From Mustelus asterias (lineage: Eukaryota): a stretch of 64,000 nt of DNA. The position numbers and the translations under genes are program-made. Of the stretch, positions 11,232 through 25,031 are shown piece after piece. The DNA is taken from NCBI RefSeq assembly GCF_964213995.1, contig NW_027590468.1:124001-188000 (forward strand), written 5' to 3'. The notes beneath the pieces were generated by a model. That model was not told the DNA's origin, made no database searches, and saw only the letters and a program-made list of their open reading frames with translations. Every line of letters begins with the position of its first letter. Position 1 is the stretch's first letter.

Positions 11232-13030
11232 CTCCGAAACTCGATATTAAAGCCATGTTATCTTTGCTCTGACCTCGGCCTCAAAATCTTTCAGCAAAAT
11301 CAGAAATCTTGTATTTTTATGATGCAATGAGGGGAAATAGATTTTCCTGTTTTGACACCGTGGACATATCATCAACTCGTTCAGTCCACAACAGAATTTA
11401 ATGGCTTTGTTGATGCAGACTAACAAAGTTAATCACCATCTGAATCATGTCTAATAGGATTGTGTGCTTAAAAAGGCAGACACAAGTGAAACTGTAACTG
11501 AACTGGAGGAAATGACGCACATTGCGCTGAACCATTATTTAAACATCGTTCTTCAGAGTAAAGAAATCGGGAAAACCACTCAGACAGTTGAGGAAATCGA
11601 GAATCAGTGCGGATCTACTGGACTTTCCTACAGCTGAACGGGATTTAGACGCCTGAGTGTTTCACACACAGAATGAAGAGGGATCAAGTATATCTAACAA
11701 ATCATTCTTAAATCTATTGCCTTTAAAGATATTTGATTTTGTTGAAAATCTGATTGTGGTCAATCTCAGTGAAGCACCGTGACATGTGTATTACCCAGTG
11801 AGTCGATTCCTTTTGTTGGTCAGTCATGTTTGCAATTCAATGTTGCCTATTTCGGAGATATTTCATTCAGAATGAGGAGATAGGTAATTAATAAAAATAT
11901 ATTAATATTAAACATTGAACAGCGAACAAATATTGGGTAGAACTGGTTGAAATCATTCAAAGGAAGATGAGAATGATGCATTAATAATTGAGCAGAAATC
12001 ATTGCTCCCTTAGATATTTGCCGGACGGCCGCTTATAAATGTTGAAGTTCAAGATGAGTTGAGAAATCAGGTTGAAAGAAACGGTTTTTGTCTTGTATTA
12101 AGTGACATGGGCTCTCAGTATAACCATTAGAGCCTGCAGCAACACAGTGGAGTTGAACATTGTGGTCAGGCCAATTGGCGGTGCTGTACTGTCAGTTGTT
12201 TCTGTAGTGTAGTGGTTATCACGTTCGCCTCACACGCGAAAGGTCCCCGGTTCGAAACCGGGCAGAAACATTTATTGAAATTATTCATTTCGTATGCGGG
12301 AAGTTTTGCATGGTTTCAGTTGCTGAACATTATCCGAATCTCGATGTTGCAGCCATGTTATCTTTGCTCTGAACTCGGCCACAAATGCTCTCAGCAAAAT
12401 CAGAAATGCTGTATTTTAAGACGCAATGAGGAAATAAATGTTTGTACTTTGACACCGTGCGCATATTAGCAACTTGTTCAGTTCATAACAGAATATAATG
12501 GATTTATAAATGCAGACTAACATAGTTAATCACCATCTGAAACATGTGTAATAGTAGTGTGTGCTCATAAAGACAGACACAAGTGAAACTAACTGAACTG
12601 GAGGAAATGGCGCACATTTCCCGGAAGCATATTTTTAAAATTGTTCTTCATAATAAAGAAATGGGAAAAAATCACTCAGGGAGATGAGTAAATCGAAACT
12701 CAGTGTAGATCTGCTGGACTTTTCGATAGATGAACGGGATTTAGGCGCCAGAATGTTTCACATGCAGAATAAAGAGGGATCAAGTATAACTAGCAGATCA
12801 TTATTAAATCTTTTCCCTTTAAAGATGTTTGATATTGTTTAAAAGCTGACTGTCTCAAATAAGCACCATGGGATGTGATTCACCCAGTGACTCGATTTCT
12901 TTTATTGGTCAGTCATGTTTGCAATGCAATGTTGCATATTCCCGAGATATTCAACTCAGAATGAAGATGTATGTATTAAATACATGTATTCATATTTAAT
13001 ATCGAATAACAAAACAAATATTGAGTAACT
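11232..13030 (+). repeat. Diverged direct duplication (~11232-11935 and ~12332-13030) bracketing the tRNA
   Basis: Colinear matches such as agccatgttatctttgctctga and gagggatcaagtata at an offset of about 1.1 kb. Confidence 0.85.
12198..12270 (+). tRNA. tRNA-Val-CAC: tRNA-Val (anticodon CAC)
   Basis: 73 nt GTTTCTGTAGTGTAGTGGTTATCACGTTCGCCTCACACGCGAAAGGTCCCCGGTTCGAAACCGGGCAGAAACA; intact cloverleaf and A/B boxes. Confidence 0.97.
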
Positions 13031-13249
13031 AGCCAACGATTCAAGTCTGGATGACCCTTCGTCAGAGCTACGAGCAAAGAAAAGCAGAAAATATTTAAAT
13101 TATGAGAGTGGAAGGGGAGTGCTGTAATTGGACAAAGGGAATGCAAATAACGATAAAGTTGGCTGAGAGAGATACTAAAAACGTCCATTCAGCGATCAGA
13201 ATAGCAGAGCAGAGGTAAAGGTGGTTAAGGCAGTTGCCCTGAAGGAGAA

Positions 13250-13495
13250 GTGTGGGGGGGGGAGTGGGGGGGGAGTGGGGAGGGAAGGGGGAGTGGGGGG
13301 GGAAGGGGGAGTGGGGGGAGGGGGAGTGGTGGGGGAGTGGGGGGGAGGGGGAGTGGGGGGAGTGGGGGGGAGGGGGGTGGAGTGGGGGGGAGGAGGGGAG
13401 TGGGGGGGAGGGGGGAGTGGCGGGGGAGGGGTGGAGTGGGGGGGAGGGTGGGGGGAGTGGGGGGGGAGGGTGGGGGGAGTGGGGGGGAGGGGGTC
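13250..13495 (+). repeat. G-rich simple repeat (GGGGGAGT-like)
   Basis: Continuous G-runs separated by A or AGT. Confidence 0.9.
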
Positions 13496-13504
13496 GTGTC
13501 CGCT

Positions 13505-13880
13505 CCGCCATTCAGTCGTGCTGCAAAATTTCTCAACTCCATTCTTCTCCCCTTTTCCCAGTAACCTTTGATCCCCTTACCAATCAAGAACGTATCCATC
13601 TCTGTCTTAAATACACCCAATGACCCGGCCTCCACAGCCTTCTGTGGCAATGAATTCCACACATTCACCACCCTCTGGCTGAAGAAATTGCTCTCATCTC
13701 GATTCTAAAGGGCCGTCCCTTTATTCCGAGGTTGTGCGCTCGGATCCGAGATTCTCCTACTAACGGAAACATCTTCCCCACGGCCACCCTATCGAGGTCT
13801 TTCAATATTCTGTAAGTTTCTATAAGATCCCCGCTCCCCGCCCCTCCCCGCAAACTCCATCGAGTTCAGACCCAGTGTCC
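13505..13880 (-). mobile_element. CR1 LINE 3' fragment
   Basis: GDLIETYRILKDLDRV..., VNVWNSLPQKAVEA on the minus strand. Confidence 0.85.
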
Positions 13881-14199
13881 CCAGATGTCTGCAGTTTTAT
13901 TTGATCGGCTTCAGTCGCTCATGTTTGTTGTTGTTTATTTTAAGTTCGGTTTGTGACGGCTTCTCAAGACCATTAATCGCATTGCCTTGTGTCTGACCTG
14001 TTTACATTGAACTCTTCGTTCTGAACCGTTGATTTCCTCGAGTTGCGAATGTAAATAAAACGGATTGTACAACAGCGGATTGAGATGTAGATCCCGCGCG
14101 AGAAACAGATGCAGCAACACAGAAACCTTCAAGCTAAGAAACGGAGATAAACAAATGGAAAGACAGAGGGTGAATCAGAGGCCGAGACTGTAATAGAAG

Positions 14200-15980
14200 T
14201 AAAGGCATAAGTTCGGAGAAACAGATGGAGATGCAGAGGGATAAACACGAGGAACGGGAATGGTAGGAATGAGGGAGAGGCTGAGAGATAAATAGTGGGA
14301 CAGACAGTGAGATAAATGGGGGAAAGAGGGAGGCAGGAAGGGAAAATAGATGAAGATACNNNNNNNNNNNNNNNNNNNNNNNNNNNNNNNNNNNNNNNNN
14401 NNNNNNNNNNNNNNNNNNNNNNNNNNNNNNNNNNNNNNNNNNNNNNNNNNNNNNNNNNNNNNNNNNNNNNNNNNNNNNNNNNNNNNNNNNNNNNNNNNNN
14501 NNNNNNNNNNNNNNNNNNNNNNNNNNNNNNNNNNNNNNNNNCACAGAGGGAGGGAGACACAGAGGGAGGGAGACACAGAGGGAGGGAGACACAGATGGCG
14601 GGAGACAGAGACAGAGAGAGGGACAGAGAGAGAGAGGGACAGAGAGAAAGTGAGAGAGAGAGGGACAGACCAAGAGCGAGACAGAGAGAGGGACAGACCA
14701 AGAGAGAGACAGAGAGAGAGCGAAAGCCGGAGAGAGGGACAGAGAGAGAGGGAGAGACAGCGAGAGGGAGAGACAGCGAGAGGGAGAGACAGCGAGAGGG
14801 AGAGACAGCGAGNNNNNNNNNNNNNNNNNNNNNNNNNNNNNNNNNNNNNNNNNNNNNNNNNNNNNNNNNNNNNNNNNNNNNNNNNNNNNNNNNNNNNNNN
14901 NNNNNNNNNNNNNNNNNNNNNNNNNNNNNNNNNNNNNNNNNNNNNNNNNNNNNNNNNNNNNNNNNNNNNNNNNNNNNNNNNNNNNNNNNNNNNNNNNNNN
15001 NNNNNNNNNNNNNNNNNNNNNNNNNNNNNNNNNNNNNNNNNNNNNNNNNNNNNNNNNNNNNNNNNNNNNNNNNNNNNNNNNNNNNNNNAGACACAGAGAG
15101 AGGGAGACACAGAGAGAGGGAGACACAGAGAGAGGGAGACACAGAGAGAGGGAGACACAGAGAGAGGGAGACACAGAGAGAGGGAGACACAGAGAGAGGG
15201 AGACACAGAGAGAGGGAGACACAGACAGAGGGAGACACAGACAGAGGGAGACACAGACAGAGGGAGACACAGACAGAGGGAGACACAGACAGAGGGAGAC
15301 ACAGACAGAGGGAGACACAGACAGAGGGAGACACACAGAGAGAGAGACACAGAGAGAGAGACACAGAGAAAGAGAGAGACAGAGAGAAAGAGTGACANNN
15401 NNNNNNNNNNNNNNNNNNNNNNNNNNNNNNNNNNNNNNNNNNNNNNNNNNNNNNNNNNNNNNNNNNNNNNNNNNNNNNNNNNNNNNNNNNNNNNNNNNNN
15501 NNNNNNNNNNNNNNNNNNNNNNNNNNNNNNNNNNNNNNNNNNNNNNNNNNNNTGTGAGAGAGAGTGTGTGTGAGNNNNNNNNNNNNNNNNNNNNNNNNNN
15601 NNNNNNNNNNNNNNNNNNNNNNNNNNNNNNNNNNNNNNNNNNNNNNNNNNNNNNNNNNNNNNNNNNNNNNNNNNNNNNNNNNNNNNNNNNNNNNNNNNNN
15701 NNNNNNNNNNNNNNNNNNNNNNNNNNNNNNNNNNNNNNNNNNNNNNNNNNNNNNNNNNNNNNNNNNNNNNNNNNNNNNNNNNNNNNNNNNNNNNNNNNNN
15801 NNNNNNNNNNNNNNNNNNNNNNNNNNNNNNNNNNNNNNNNNNNNNNNNNNNNNNNNNNNGAGAGTGTGTGTGTGAGAGAATGTGAGTGAGAGAGAGTGTG
15901 TTGGAGAGAGTGCGTTTGAGAGAATGTGTGTGTGTTTGTGAGAGAGAGAGAGAGTGTGAGAGAGAGTGTGTGAGAGAGAG
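14200..15980. repeat. GA/CA-rich microsatellites with four N-runs
   Basis: (GAGACACAGAGAGAGG)-type units; N-runs starting near 14360, 14813, 15398 and 15575. Confidence 0.95.
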
Positions 15981-16114
15981 CACCCTCAACACATTTCAAA
16001 ACGACACTGATTTCCACTTGAAGGAATAACTTCTCCACCCCAACACTATCCCGTCATTCTCGATAAGCCCATGCTGCCCGTGTTCTGTGATAAATTACAC
16101 GCAAGTGAAAAGAT

Positions 16115-16448
16115 GATTTTAAATAGTGGGGTTACATTTGCCACCCCCCAATCTGTAGGAACTGCTCCAGAGTCTATAGAATTTTGGAAGATGACCAGCA
16201 ATGCATCCAATATTTCCAGCGCCGCTTCCTTTAATACTCTGGGATGTAGATTATCAGGCCCTGGGGCTTTGTCAGCCTTTAACCCCATTCATTCCCCCAG
16301 CACCATTTTCTTACTAATACTGATTTCCTTCAATTCAATTCCACACTCTCACTCAACCATTGGTTCCCTAACATTTCTGCCAGGTTATCTGTGCCTCTTT
16401 TGTGAAGACAGAACCAAAGTATATGTTCAATTCTTCTGCCATTTCTTT
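16115..16448 (-). mobile_element. CR1 ORF2 fragment
   Basis: LKADKAPGPDNLHPRVLKE...DWGVANVTPLFK. Confidence 0.85.
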
Positions 16449-17128
16449 GCTCCCCATTATAATTTCCCCGGAGAGATGGAGAGAGGCAGAGTCACTGAGA
16501 GATAGGGATGAGATAGTAATGCAGAGAGTAACAGTGAGATATTCAGGTGGGCAAGCAGCTAATAGTGGGGTACAACAAGGATCACTCCAAAGCCACAGAT
16601 ATTGCCTCATGTTGCCGCTGTCGCCATTTACCTTAAATCAGCATCCTCTGCTTCCCAACCTTTCCCCCAATGTGCCGATTATCTCAAAGCCGATCCTCTC
16701 AGTCCCAGGACATCACTGCAGGAGTTCCTCAGGGTGAATGTCCGAGGCCCCAACCATCTTCAGCTGCTCCATCACTGACCTTCCCTCCATAGGTGAGATG
16801 TTCGCTGATGATCGCACCATTCACAACTCCTCAGATTGTGAAATAGTCAATGCAGAAATACTGAGCAGGACAGGCAGCATCTGTGTAAAGAGAAGCAGAT
16901 TCTGGGACTGGGGGACTGAGAGACAGGAAGATAGTGAAACACACACAAACTCACTGACAANNNNNNNNNNNNNNNNNNNNNNNNNNNNNNNNNNNNNNNN
17001 NNNNNNNNNNNNNNNNNNNNNNNNNNNNNNNNNNNNNNNNNNNNNNNNNNNNNNNNNNNNNNNNNNNNNNNNNNNNNNNNNNNNNNNNNNNNNNNNNNNN
17101 NNNNNNNNNNNNNNNNNNNNTCACTCAC

Positions 17129-17750
17129 AATGTGAAACTATTAAAATTGAGGTTGTTCTGGGAGCCAGAATGAAAGGAAAACAGATATCGGAGGATGGTG
17201 GGACAGGCGGAACTGGGGAGGGCCCATAGGCACGGTGGCACAGTGGTTAGCACTGCTGCCTCACAGTGCCAGGGGCCCGGGTTCAATTCCAGCCTTGGGT
17301 GAGTGTCTGTGCAGAGTTTGCACATTCTCCCCGTGTCCGCATGGGTTTCCTCTGGGTGCTCCGGTTTCCTCCCACAGTCCAAAGATGTACAGATTGAACA
17401 TAGAACATAGAACATAGAACATTACAGCGCAGAACAGGCCCTTCGGCCCACGATGTTGCACCGACCAGTTAAAAAAAAAACTGTGACCCTCCAGATGCTC
17501 TGTGGTGGATAAAGCTGGCAGCCTCCTCCAGAAAGCAGCACAGAGTGAATGGAAGGGGCAGAATGTGAGTGAGATGAGACACAAGAGAGAGAGAGAGAGG
17601 GGTGAAAGCTTTCTGTTTGTCAGCAAAAAGCACAATGGTGGCCCTGTGTCCTTCAGGGAGCGGCCCAGGCCTCGCTCAAAGCCTGCCCTGTCCTCACACT
17701 CACTGGGAGACGGCCATTTCTAACATGTTGTCCATGTTTCTGAGCTGACA
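17129..17750 (-). pseudogene. SRCR-receptor relics: half domain (17610-17750), exon stub (17481-17499), TM-like relic (17129-17215)
   Basis: ctcag| then ...NGRLPVSVRTGQALSEAW..ATIV(C); ccacag| then EHLE; ICFPFILA. Colinear with 28787-29400. Confidence 0.45.
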
Positions 17751-19611
17751 CTGAGACAAACACAACAACAGCAGCCACTATCCGGACAAGTCATCACGGA
17801 GAATGAAATGTCCAAAGCCACTTCAAAGGAAGATTGCGCGGCAGGATTTGTCCCCGAGCTGCGGAGGGAGAGATTTGGATGGATGACCAGAAGCTGGGTC
17901 AGTGAGGTTGTGTTTTAGCAATGGAGGTCCAGAGAACAGAAAAGGCCCTTCGGCCCATTGCATCTGTGCCGGTCAAAGACAAACCACCCAACTTGGCTCA
18001 CGGCCTTGGCATTGCAAATGCATAGCTAAGCACTTCTTAAACGTTCTGAGGGTCTCTGCCTCCACCACCCTTTCAGGCAGAGAGTTCCAGACTCCCACCA
18101 CCCTCTGGGTGAAAAAGGTTTTCCTCACATCCCCTGTAAACCTCCTGCCCCTTACCCTAAATCTATACCCCCTGGTCATTGATCCCACCACCAAGGGGAA
18201 AGCTTTCTTCCCGTCTACTCTATCGATGTCCCTCATAATCTTATCCATCTCCATCATGTTCCCCCTCAGCCTCCTCTGCTCCACGGAAAACAACCCCAGG
18301 GTGGAATCTTATCACCGTTCAGGCCGGCAGGATTTTCCCATCCCACTGCAGTGAAAGGAGATTTGGCTGGTCACCAGATTCTCCGACCTCGCTGAGCGGG
18401 AGTGTGGCGTCAACAGGTGGTAAGATCACACCCTCAGTCTATAAAATCTCTCTTCAGTTCGAGTGGCGGCACGGTAGCACAGTGGTTAGCACTGCTGCCT
18501 CACAGCGCCAGGGACCCGGGTTCAATTCCGGCCTCGGGTTACTGTCTGTGTGGAGTTTGCACATTCTCCCCGTGTCTGCGTGGGTTTCCCCCGGGTGCAT
18601 TGTCCATGCAAAATTGCCCTGAGGGTCCCGCGATGTATAGGTTAGGGGGATTAGCGGGAAAATACGTGGGGTTACGGGGTAAGCCTGGGTAAGAGTCCGT
18701 GCAGATTTGATGGGTCGAATGGCCTCATTCTGGACTGTAGGGATTCTATGATTCTATGAACTAAAACTCTCCAGGCCAGGCAACATCCTGGTGAATCTCC
18801 TCTGCACCTTTTCCAGTGCTATCACATCCCTCCTATCCTGTGCATTCCACAACTGCACAATGTTTCGATGAGGGGCAGCACAGTGGTTAACACTGCTGCC
18901 TCACAGCGCCAGGGACCCGGGTTTGATTCCTGGCTTGGGTCACTGTCAGTGTGGAGTTTGTACATTCTCCCCGTGTCTGCGTGGGTTTCCACCGGGTGCT
19001 GCGGTTTCCTCCCACAGTTCGAACGACGCGCTGGTTAGGTGTATCAGCCATGCTAAATTCTCCCCAAGTTGCCCAAACAGGCGCCAGAGCATGGCAACTA
19101 CGGATTTTCCACAGTAACTTCATTGCAGTGTTAATGTAACCCTACTTGTGACACTAATAAATAAACTTTTAAACCTGATACTCGATTCCCCCATGTTGGC
19201 CTTGTTCTGTGATCATTAATGCGGATGTTTAGATTATTCAATAGTTCTTTAAGGACAGCAGACACAGGGAAAAAAAACATGTGACTCTGTACACAACAGA
19301 TATATTTCAAGGGGATATTGCAGCCAGCTGTATCTGAGTGGCAGTAATCTTCCCTCAGAATCAGACAGATTGTGGGTTCAGCTCAGAGCCTCAAATACTA
19401 GGCCCTTAGCATCGATCAGAGACTCCGCGCACAGCATGATGGGAGAGCGGACAAAGGAAAGTGGTGTTGAATTTGTGAGCCTTGTTTTGTGGAAAGCTTT
19501 AGTGTTTGGTCAGAATGTTAATTTTTGAGTGGACCTACCATATATTAAGCTGATCTTTCTCTATACCCTCTCGGTAACTGCAACACTGTATTCTGCACCC
19601 TCTCCTCCTGA

Positions 19612-22500
19612 CAGTTTTGTTTTAAACTCTTTATCAATGTCCTTCCAGGTTTAGTGTGAAGGTTTGTGTTCCACACTGAGCCCCTCTCAGTCTCCACACG
19701 GAGCTTGTGTGTGTTGCTGATGCTCCTGTCATTTTGGATGGATACTGTGTGAAGCTGCATTCTCTCCCAGTGAGTTTCTGATCTACTTCACTCTCTCTGC
19801 GGCTGGAGCAATGTCCAGCAGGCAGCAGAGGATGGCAGTGTATCACAGTCAGCACAATATAGACAAACAGCCTTTAGCAAGAGAGGCTTTGACCCTTTTT
19901 CAAACCAAATCCCCAATTTGATGTTTCCAGCTGCGCTGTTTACAATGCTGCTGAATATTGTGTGTCTTTGGTAAACTGGGATGTGTAGCATTCAGTCACA
20001 TTAAGTGGTCAATAAATACGTCCACACTGTGTATATCTTTCTGTGTGTGTGTGTCAGCGTGCATGTGTGTCAATGTATTTAAATCTCAAAGGAAAATAGG
20101 AGCAGGTGTAGGCCATTTGGCCCATCGATCCTGCGCCAGCATTCAAACAGATCATGGTGCACGTACGCACACAAAACACGCACACACCAACACACACAAA
20201 ACACGCACACACCAACACACACAAAACACGCACACACCAACACACACAAAACACGCACACACACAAAGCACGCACACACACAAAACACACACACAAGCAC
20301 ACATAAAACACGCACAAAAAGCACACACACAAATCACACACACAAACAATAAACGCACACACACACAAACACACACACACGCATCAAACACACAGTTAGC
20401 ACTGCTGCCTCACAGTGCCAGGGACTCGGGTTCGGTTCCCGCCTTGGGTCACTGTCTGTGCGGAGTCTGCACGTTCTCCCCGTGTCTGCGTGGGTTTCCT
20501 CCGGGTGCTCCGGTTTCCTCCCACAGTCTGAAAGACGTTCTGGTTCGGGTGCATTGGCCGTGCTAAATTGTCCCTCCGCGTCAGGGAGACGAGCTCGGGT
20601 AAATGCATGGGGTTACGGGAATAGGGCCTGGGTGGGATTGTGGTCGGTGCAGACTCAATGGGCCAAATGGCCTCCTTCTGCACTGCAGGAGTCTAGGATT
20701 CTTTGAAAACACACAGAAACAGATATTCTCACCCAGTAACACTCACACACACACAGTAATAAACACACACGGAAACATGTCCACACACAAACACGCATGC
20801 ACACACGCACACAAACACACACACACACACAGATTCCTATTTTATTTCACACAATCGATTTGCGTCTTGAACATGCTGAATGATTGGGCTTCCACATCCC
20901 CCTGGAATAGAAAATTCCAAAGATTCACCACCCTCTGAGTGAAGAAATTTCTCCTCATCTCAGTCTTCAATGGTCTGCCCCTGATTCTGAGATTGTGTCC
21001 CCTGGTTCTAGTCTCACCAGCCAGGGGAAACATCCAATCTACATCCACCCTGTCACACCCTGTACGAATTTTAAGTCTGTTTCAATGGGATCGCCTCTCA
21101 TTCTTCAAGGGTTCAAGGCCGACTTCCGGACTTGATGGCCATGGAAGGTGTGCTCATAACGGGGCCAAACAGCTGGATTATCAAACAGTAAATCCTGCCG
21201 GGATCGTGTATCAGTAAACTCTGCCCGAAACCTCTCTCAGTTATTACAATCTGGGCTTTGTATCAGTAATCTCTGCCCGAAGCCTCTCTCAGTTTTTACA
21301 ATCTGGGCCTTGTATCAGTAAACTCTGCCCGAAACCTCGCTCTGTTATTACAATCTGGGCCTTGTATCAGTAAACTCTGCCCGAAACCTCTCTCAGTTAT
21401 TACAATCTGGGCCTTGTATCAGTAAACTCTGCCCGAAGCCTCTCTCAGTTATTACAATCTGGGCCTTGTATCAGTAAACTCTGCCCGAAACCTCTCTCTG
21501 TTATGACAATCTGGGCCTTGTATCAGTAAACTCTGCCCGAAGCCTCTCTCAGTTATTACAATCTGGGCCTTGTATCAGTAAACTCTGGCCGAAACCTCTC
21601 TCAGTTATTACAATCTGGGCCTTGTATCAGTAATCTCTGCCCTAAACCTCTCTCAGTTATTACAATCTGGGCCTTGTATCAGTAATCTCTGCCCGAAACC
21701 TCTCTCAGTTATTACAATCTGGGCCTTGTATCAGTAATCTCTGCCCTAAACCTCTCTCAGTTATTACAATCTGGGCCTTGTATCAGTAAACTCTGCCCTA
21801 AACCTCTCTCAGTGATTACAATCTGGGCCTTGTATCAGTAAACTCTGGCCGAAACCTCTCTTAGTTATTACAATCTGGGCCTTGTATCAGTAATCTCTGC
21901 CCTAAACCTCTCTCAGTTATTACAATCTGGGCTTTGTATCAGTAATCTCTGCCCGAAACCTCTCTCAGTTATTACAATCTGGGCCTTGTATCAGTAATCT
22001 CTGCCCTAAACCTCTCTCAGTTATTACAATCTGGGCCTTGTATCAGTAAACTCTGCCCTAAACCTCTCTCAGTTATTACAATCTGGGCCTGGTATCAGTA
22101 ATCTCTGCCCGAAACTTCTCTCAGTTATTACAATCTGGGCCTTGTATCAGTAATCTCTGCCTAAACCTCTCTCAGTTATTACAATCTGGGCTTTGTATCA
22201 GTAATCTCTGCCCTAAACCTCTCTCAGTTATTACAATCTGGGCTTTGTATCAGTAATCTCTGCCCGAAACCTCTCTGTTATTACAATCTGGGCCTTGTAT
22301 CAGTAATCTCTGCCATAAATCTCTCTCAATTATTACAATCTGGGCTTTCTTTCAGTAATCTCTGCCCGAAACCTCTCTCAGTTATTACAATCTGGGCCTT
22401 GTATCAGTAATCTCTGCCCGAAACCTCTCTCAGTTATTACAATCTGGGCCTTGTATCAGTAATCTCTGTCCTAAAACTCTCTCAGTTATTACAATCTGGG
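19612..22500. repeat. Recent segmental duplicate of 25070-27595
   Basis: Near-identical sequence including a partial SRCR-like exon, CA tracts, HE1 SINE, CR1 piece and minisatellite. Confidence 0.95.
21207..22500. repeat. 52-bp minisatellite, about 25 copies
   Basis: Unit tgtatcagtaaactctgcccgaaacctctctcagttattacaatctgggcct. Confidence 0.95.
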
Positions 22501-23237
22501 AAATTTGTGAGCCTTGTTTTGTGGAAAGCTTTAGTGTTTGGTCAGAATGTTAATTTTTGAGTGGACCTACCATATGTTAAGCTGATCTTTCTCTATACCC
22601 TATCGGTAACTGCAACACTGTATTCTGCACCCTCTCCTCTCCTTCTCCCGAATGAACTCTATGAACGGTATGTTTTGTCTGTGTAGCGTGCAAGAAACAA
22701 TCCTTTTCACCATGTCCCAATACATGGGATAGGGCGACATGGTGGACAGTGTTTAGCACTGCTGCCTCACAGCACCAGGAACCCGGGTTCAATTCTCGGT
22801 TGGGAGTTGAGTTTGCACATTCTCCCTGTGTCTGCGTGGGTTTCCTCCGGGTGCCCCGGTTTCCTTCCACAGTCCAAAGATGTGCAGATTAGGTGGAATC
22901 TGAGACGCTACAGAAGCAGGGTAAAGATTTGAAAATGAAGTGTTTCTTACCCACTTTTAAAAGACAATCCACATTCGCACCAGTCACATTTCACACACTC
23001 TGCTCAGTCCTGTGTTGGGGGGGTGTTTAGTGCGGGATCAGTGTTTGCTTTTCTCAAACCGCAGTGATATTCTCAACAAGGGCACGAGGTTTCAGTGTTT
23101 AAACATGTAAAGATTACAAAACTAAACCAGACAGAGAGTGATGAGGCCTCACACCTTCAATGTAGTAATCTTTGCTCAGAGTCAGAGAGATTGTGGGTTC
23201 AGGTCAGAGCCTGAAATACTAGGCCCTTAGCATCGAG

Positions 23238-23950
23238 GCACACAGAGACAGAGAAACACAGAGACAGAGACAGATACAGAGAAATGCAGAGACAGAGAGA
23301 CACACACAGATACATAGAGAGATATAAACACAGAGGCAGAGAGAGAGACACAGATCCAGAGAAGTACAGAGACAGAGAGACACACAGATACAGAGAAATA
23401 GAGACAGAGAGAAACAAATAGAGAGACACAAACACAGAGACAGAGTGAAATATACAAATATACAGAGAGAGACACAGATACAGAGAAATACAGAGACAGA
23501 TACACAGAGAGATAGAGACACAGAGAGATAGAGACACAGAGAGACACACAGATACACAGAGAGATAGAAACAGAGAGACACACAGACACACAGAGAGATA
23601 GAGACACAGAGAGACACACAGATACACAGAGAGATAGAGACAGAGAGACACACAGACAGATAGAGACACAGAGAGATAGAGACACAGAGAGACACACAGA
23701 TACACAGAGAGATAGAAACAGAGAGACACACAGACACACAGAGAGATAGAGACACAGAGAGACAGAGACACACACAGATACACAGAGAGATAGAGACAGA
23801 GAGACACACAGATACACAGTGAGATAGAAACAGAGAGACACACAGATACACAGAGAGATAGAGACACAGAGAGACGCACAGATACACAGAGAGATAGAGA
23901 CAGAGAGACACACACATAAACACACCAACAGAGAAATACAGAAAGAGAGT
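23238..23950. repeat. GA/CA compound microsatellite
   Basis: cacagagagatagagacacagagagacacacagata-type units. Confidence 0.9.
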
Positions 23951-23964
23951 TTGGCAAAGTCAGA

Positions 23965-24835
23965 TTTTATTTTCCATTCAATATTTATTTACAAATTCAG
24001 AGAATATTTGACAGGAAAATTGATTTTAAAGTTAACAAAAGTGAATCTGACCTTTGAGCTTCACAATGAGATCAGAACCCCCCCGCTCTGAACTGCCCAA
24101 TATCTGTGCAGCTGTACCAGACACCAGAAAGAGAAAACCAGAGCTCAACATCACGGGAAATGAACAATTGTGAACAAGGAACGAGAAAAGTTATTAATTT
24201 ATACCTGAGATTTAAACTACAGGAAAACTATTAACTACAATTACATTACAACAAAAGTTACCTTCTACATTTCACACTGAAAACTGAACTACCGCCCACA
24301 ATTGTCTCAGTGACAGATTCAGAATGATAAACTGAGAGAATTTCACTGTTGGAGTCACCGACAGCAGATATTGTATTTGTGTCAATCAGGAATCTTAATA
24401 ATCAGCTGAGGGAAATCTACACCGTCCAAAATTCAACCCTTCACTTGATCTGTAAAAGAAAGATACAATAATGAAGCAGATGTTTATGATGCGGGACATT
24501 AATGTTAGAGTTTTTAATCAATGAATCATTTAGAGATTTTTCAAATCCCTTCTGTCAGTTTGACAATCCACTCTGACACCAGTCACATTTCACACTCTCT
24601 GCTCAGTCCTGTGTTGGGGGGGTGTTTAGTGTGGGATCAGTGTTTGCTTTTCTCAAACCGCAGTGATATTCCCAACAAGGGCAAGAGGTTTCAGTGTTTA
24701 AAAATGTAAAGATTTCAGAACAAAACCAGACAGAGAGTGATGAGGCCTCACACCTTCAATGTAGTGATTCCCCCAATCTTTCCTTTTGTATATTGTTTCC
24801 TTCGTCTGTCTGAAGTATTGGAGACGTCGACATCA
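23965..24835 (-). pseudogene. Candidate 3' exons of the SRCR-like unit (24754-24835 and from 24449)
   Basis: 82-nt exon with tttcag acceptor and AAG|GTGTGA donor (VMSTSPILQTDE..., paralog near 35240-35298); strong acceptor ctttcttttacag at 24449; AATAAA on the minus strand near 23975. Confidence 0.4.
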
Positions 24836-25031
24836 CTGAAACAATACAATCTCTCGGGACAATCACTGTAAACAGCTTCTGGAAACAAATTAACACTTTA
24901 ATCACCCAAAAAGCGGAATGTCCATTCAAACACCTCCCTCCCCATATCCTTGTAAATGCAAAGATAACTCCCATTTCCCCAAAGCAGGAAGATGTGAAAT
25001 GGAAACATCTTCAGCTTTTTACACACTGCAC

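Noticed and set aside
21207-22500. CRISPR-like regular array
   Set aside because: Head-to-tail 52-bp units with no unique spacers, in vertebrate DNA; a minisatellite.
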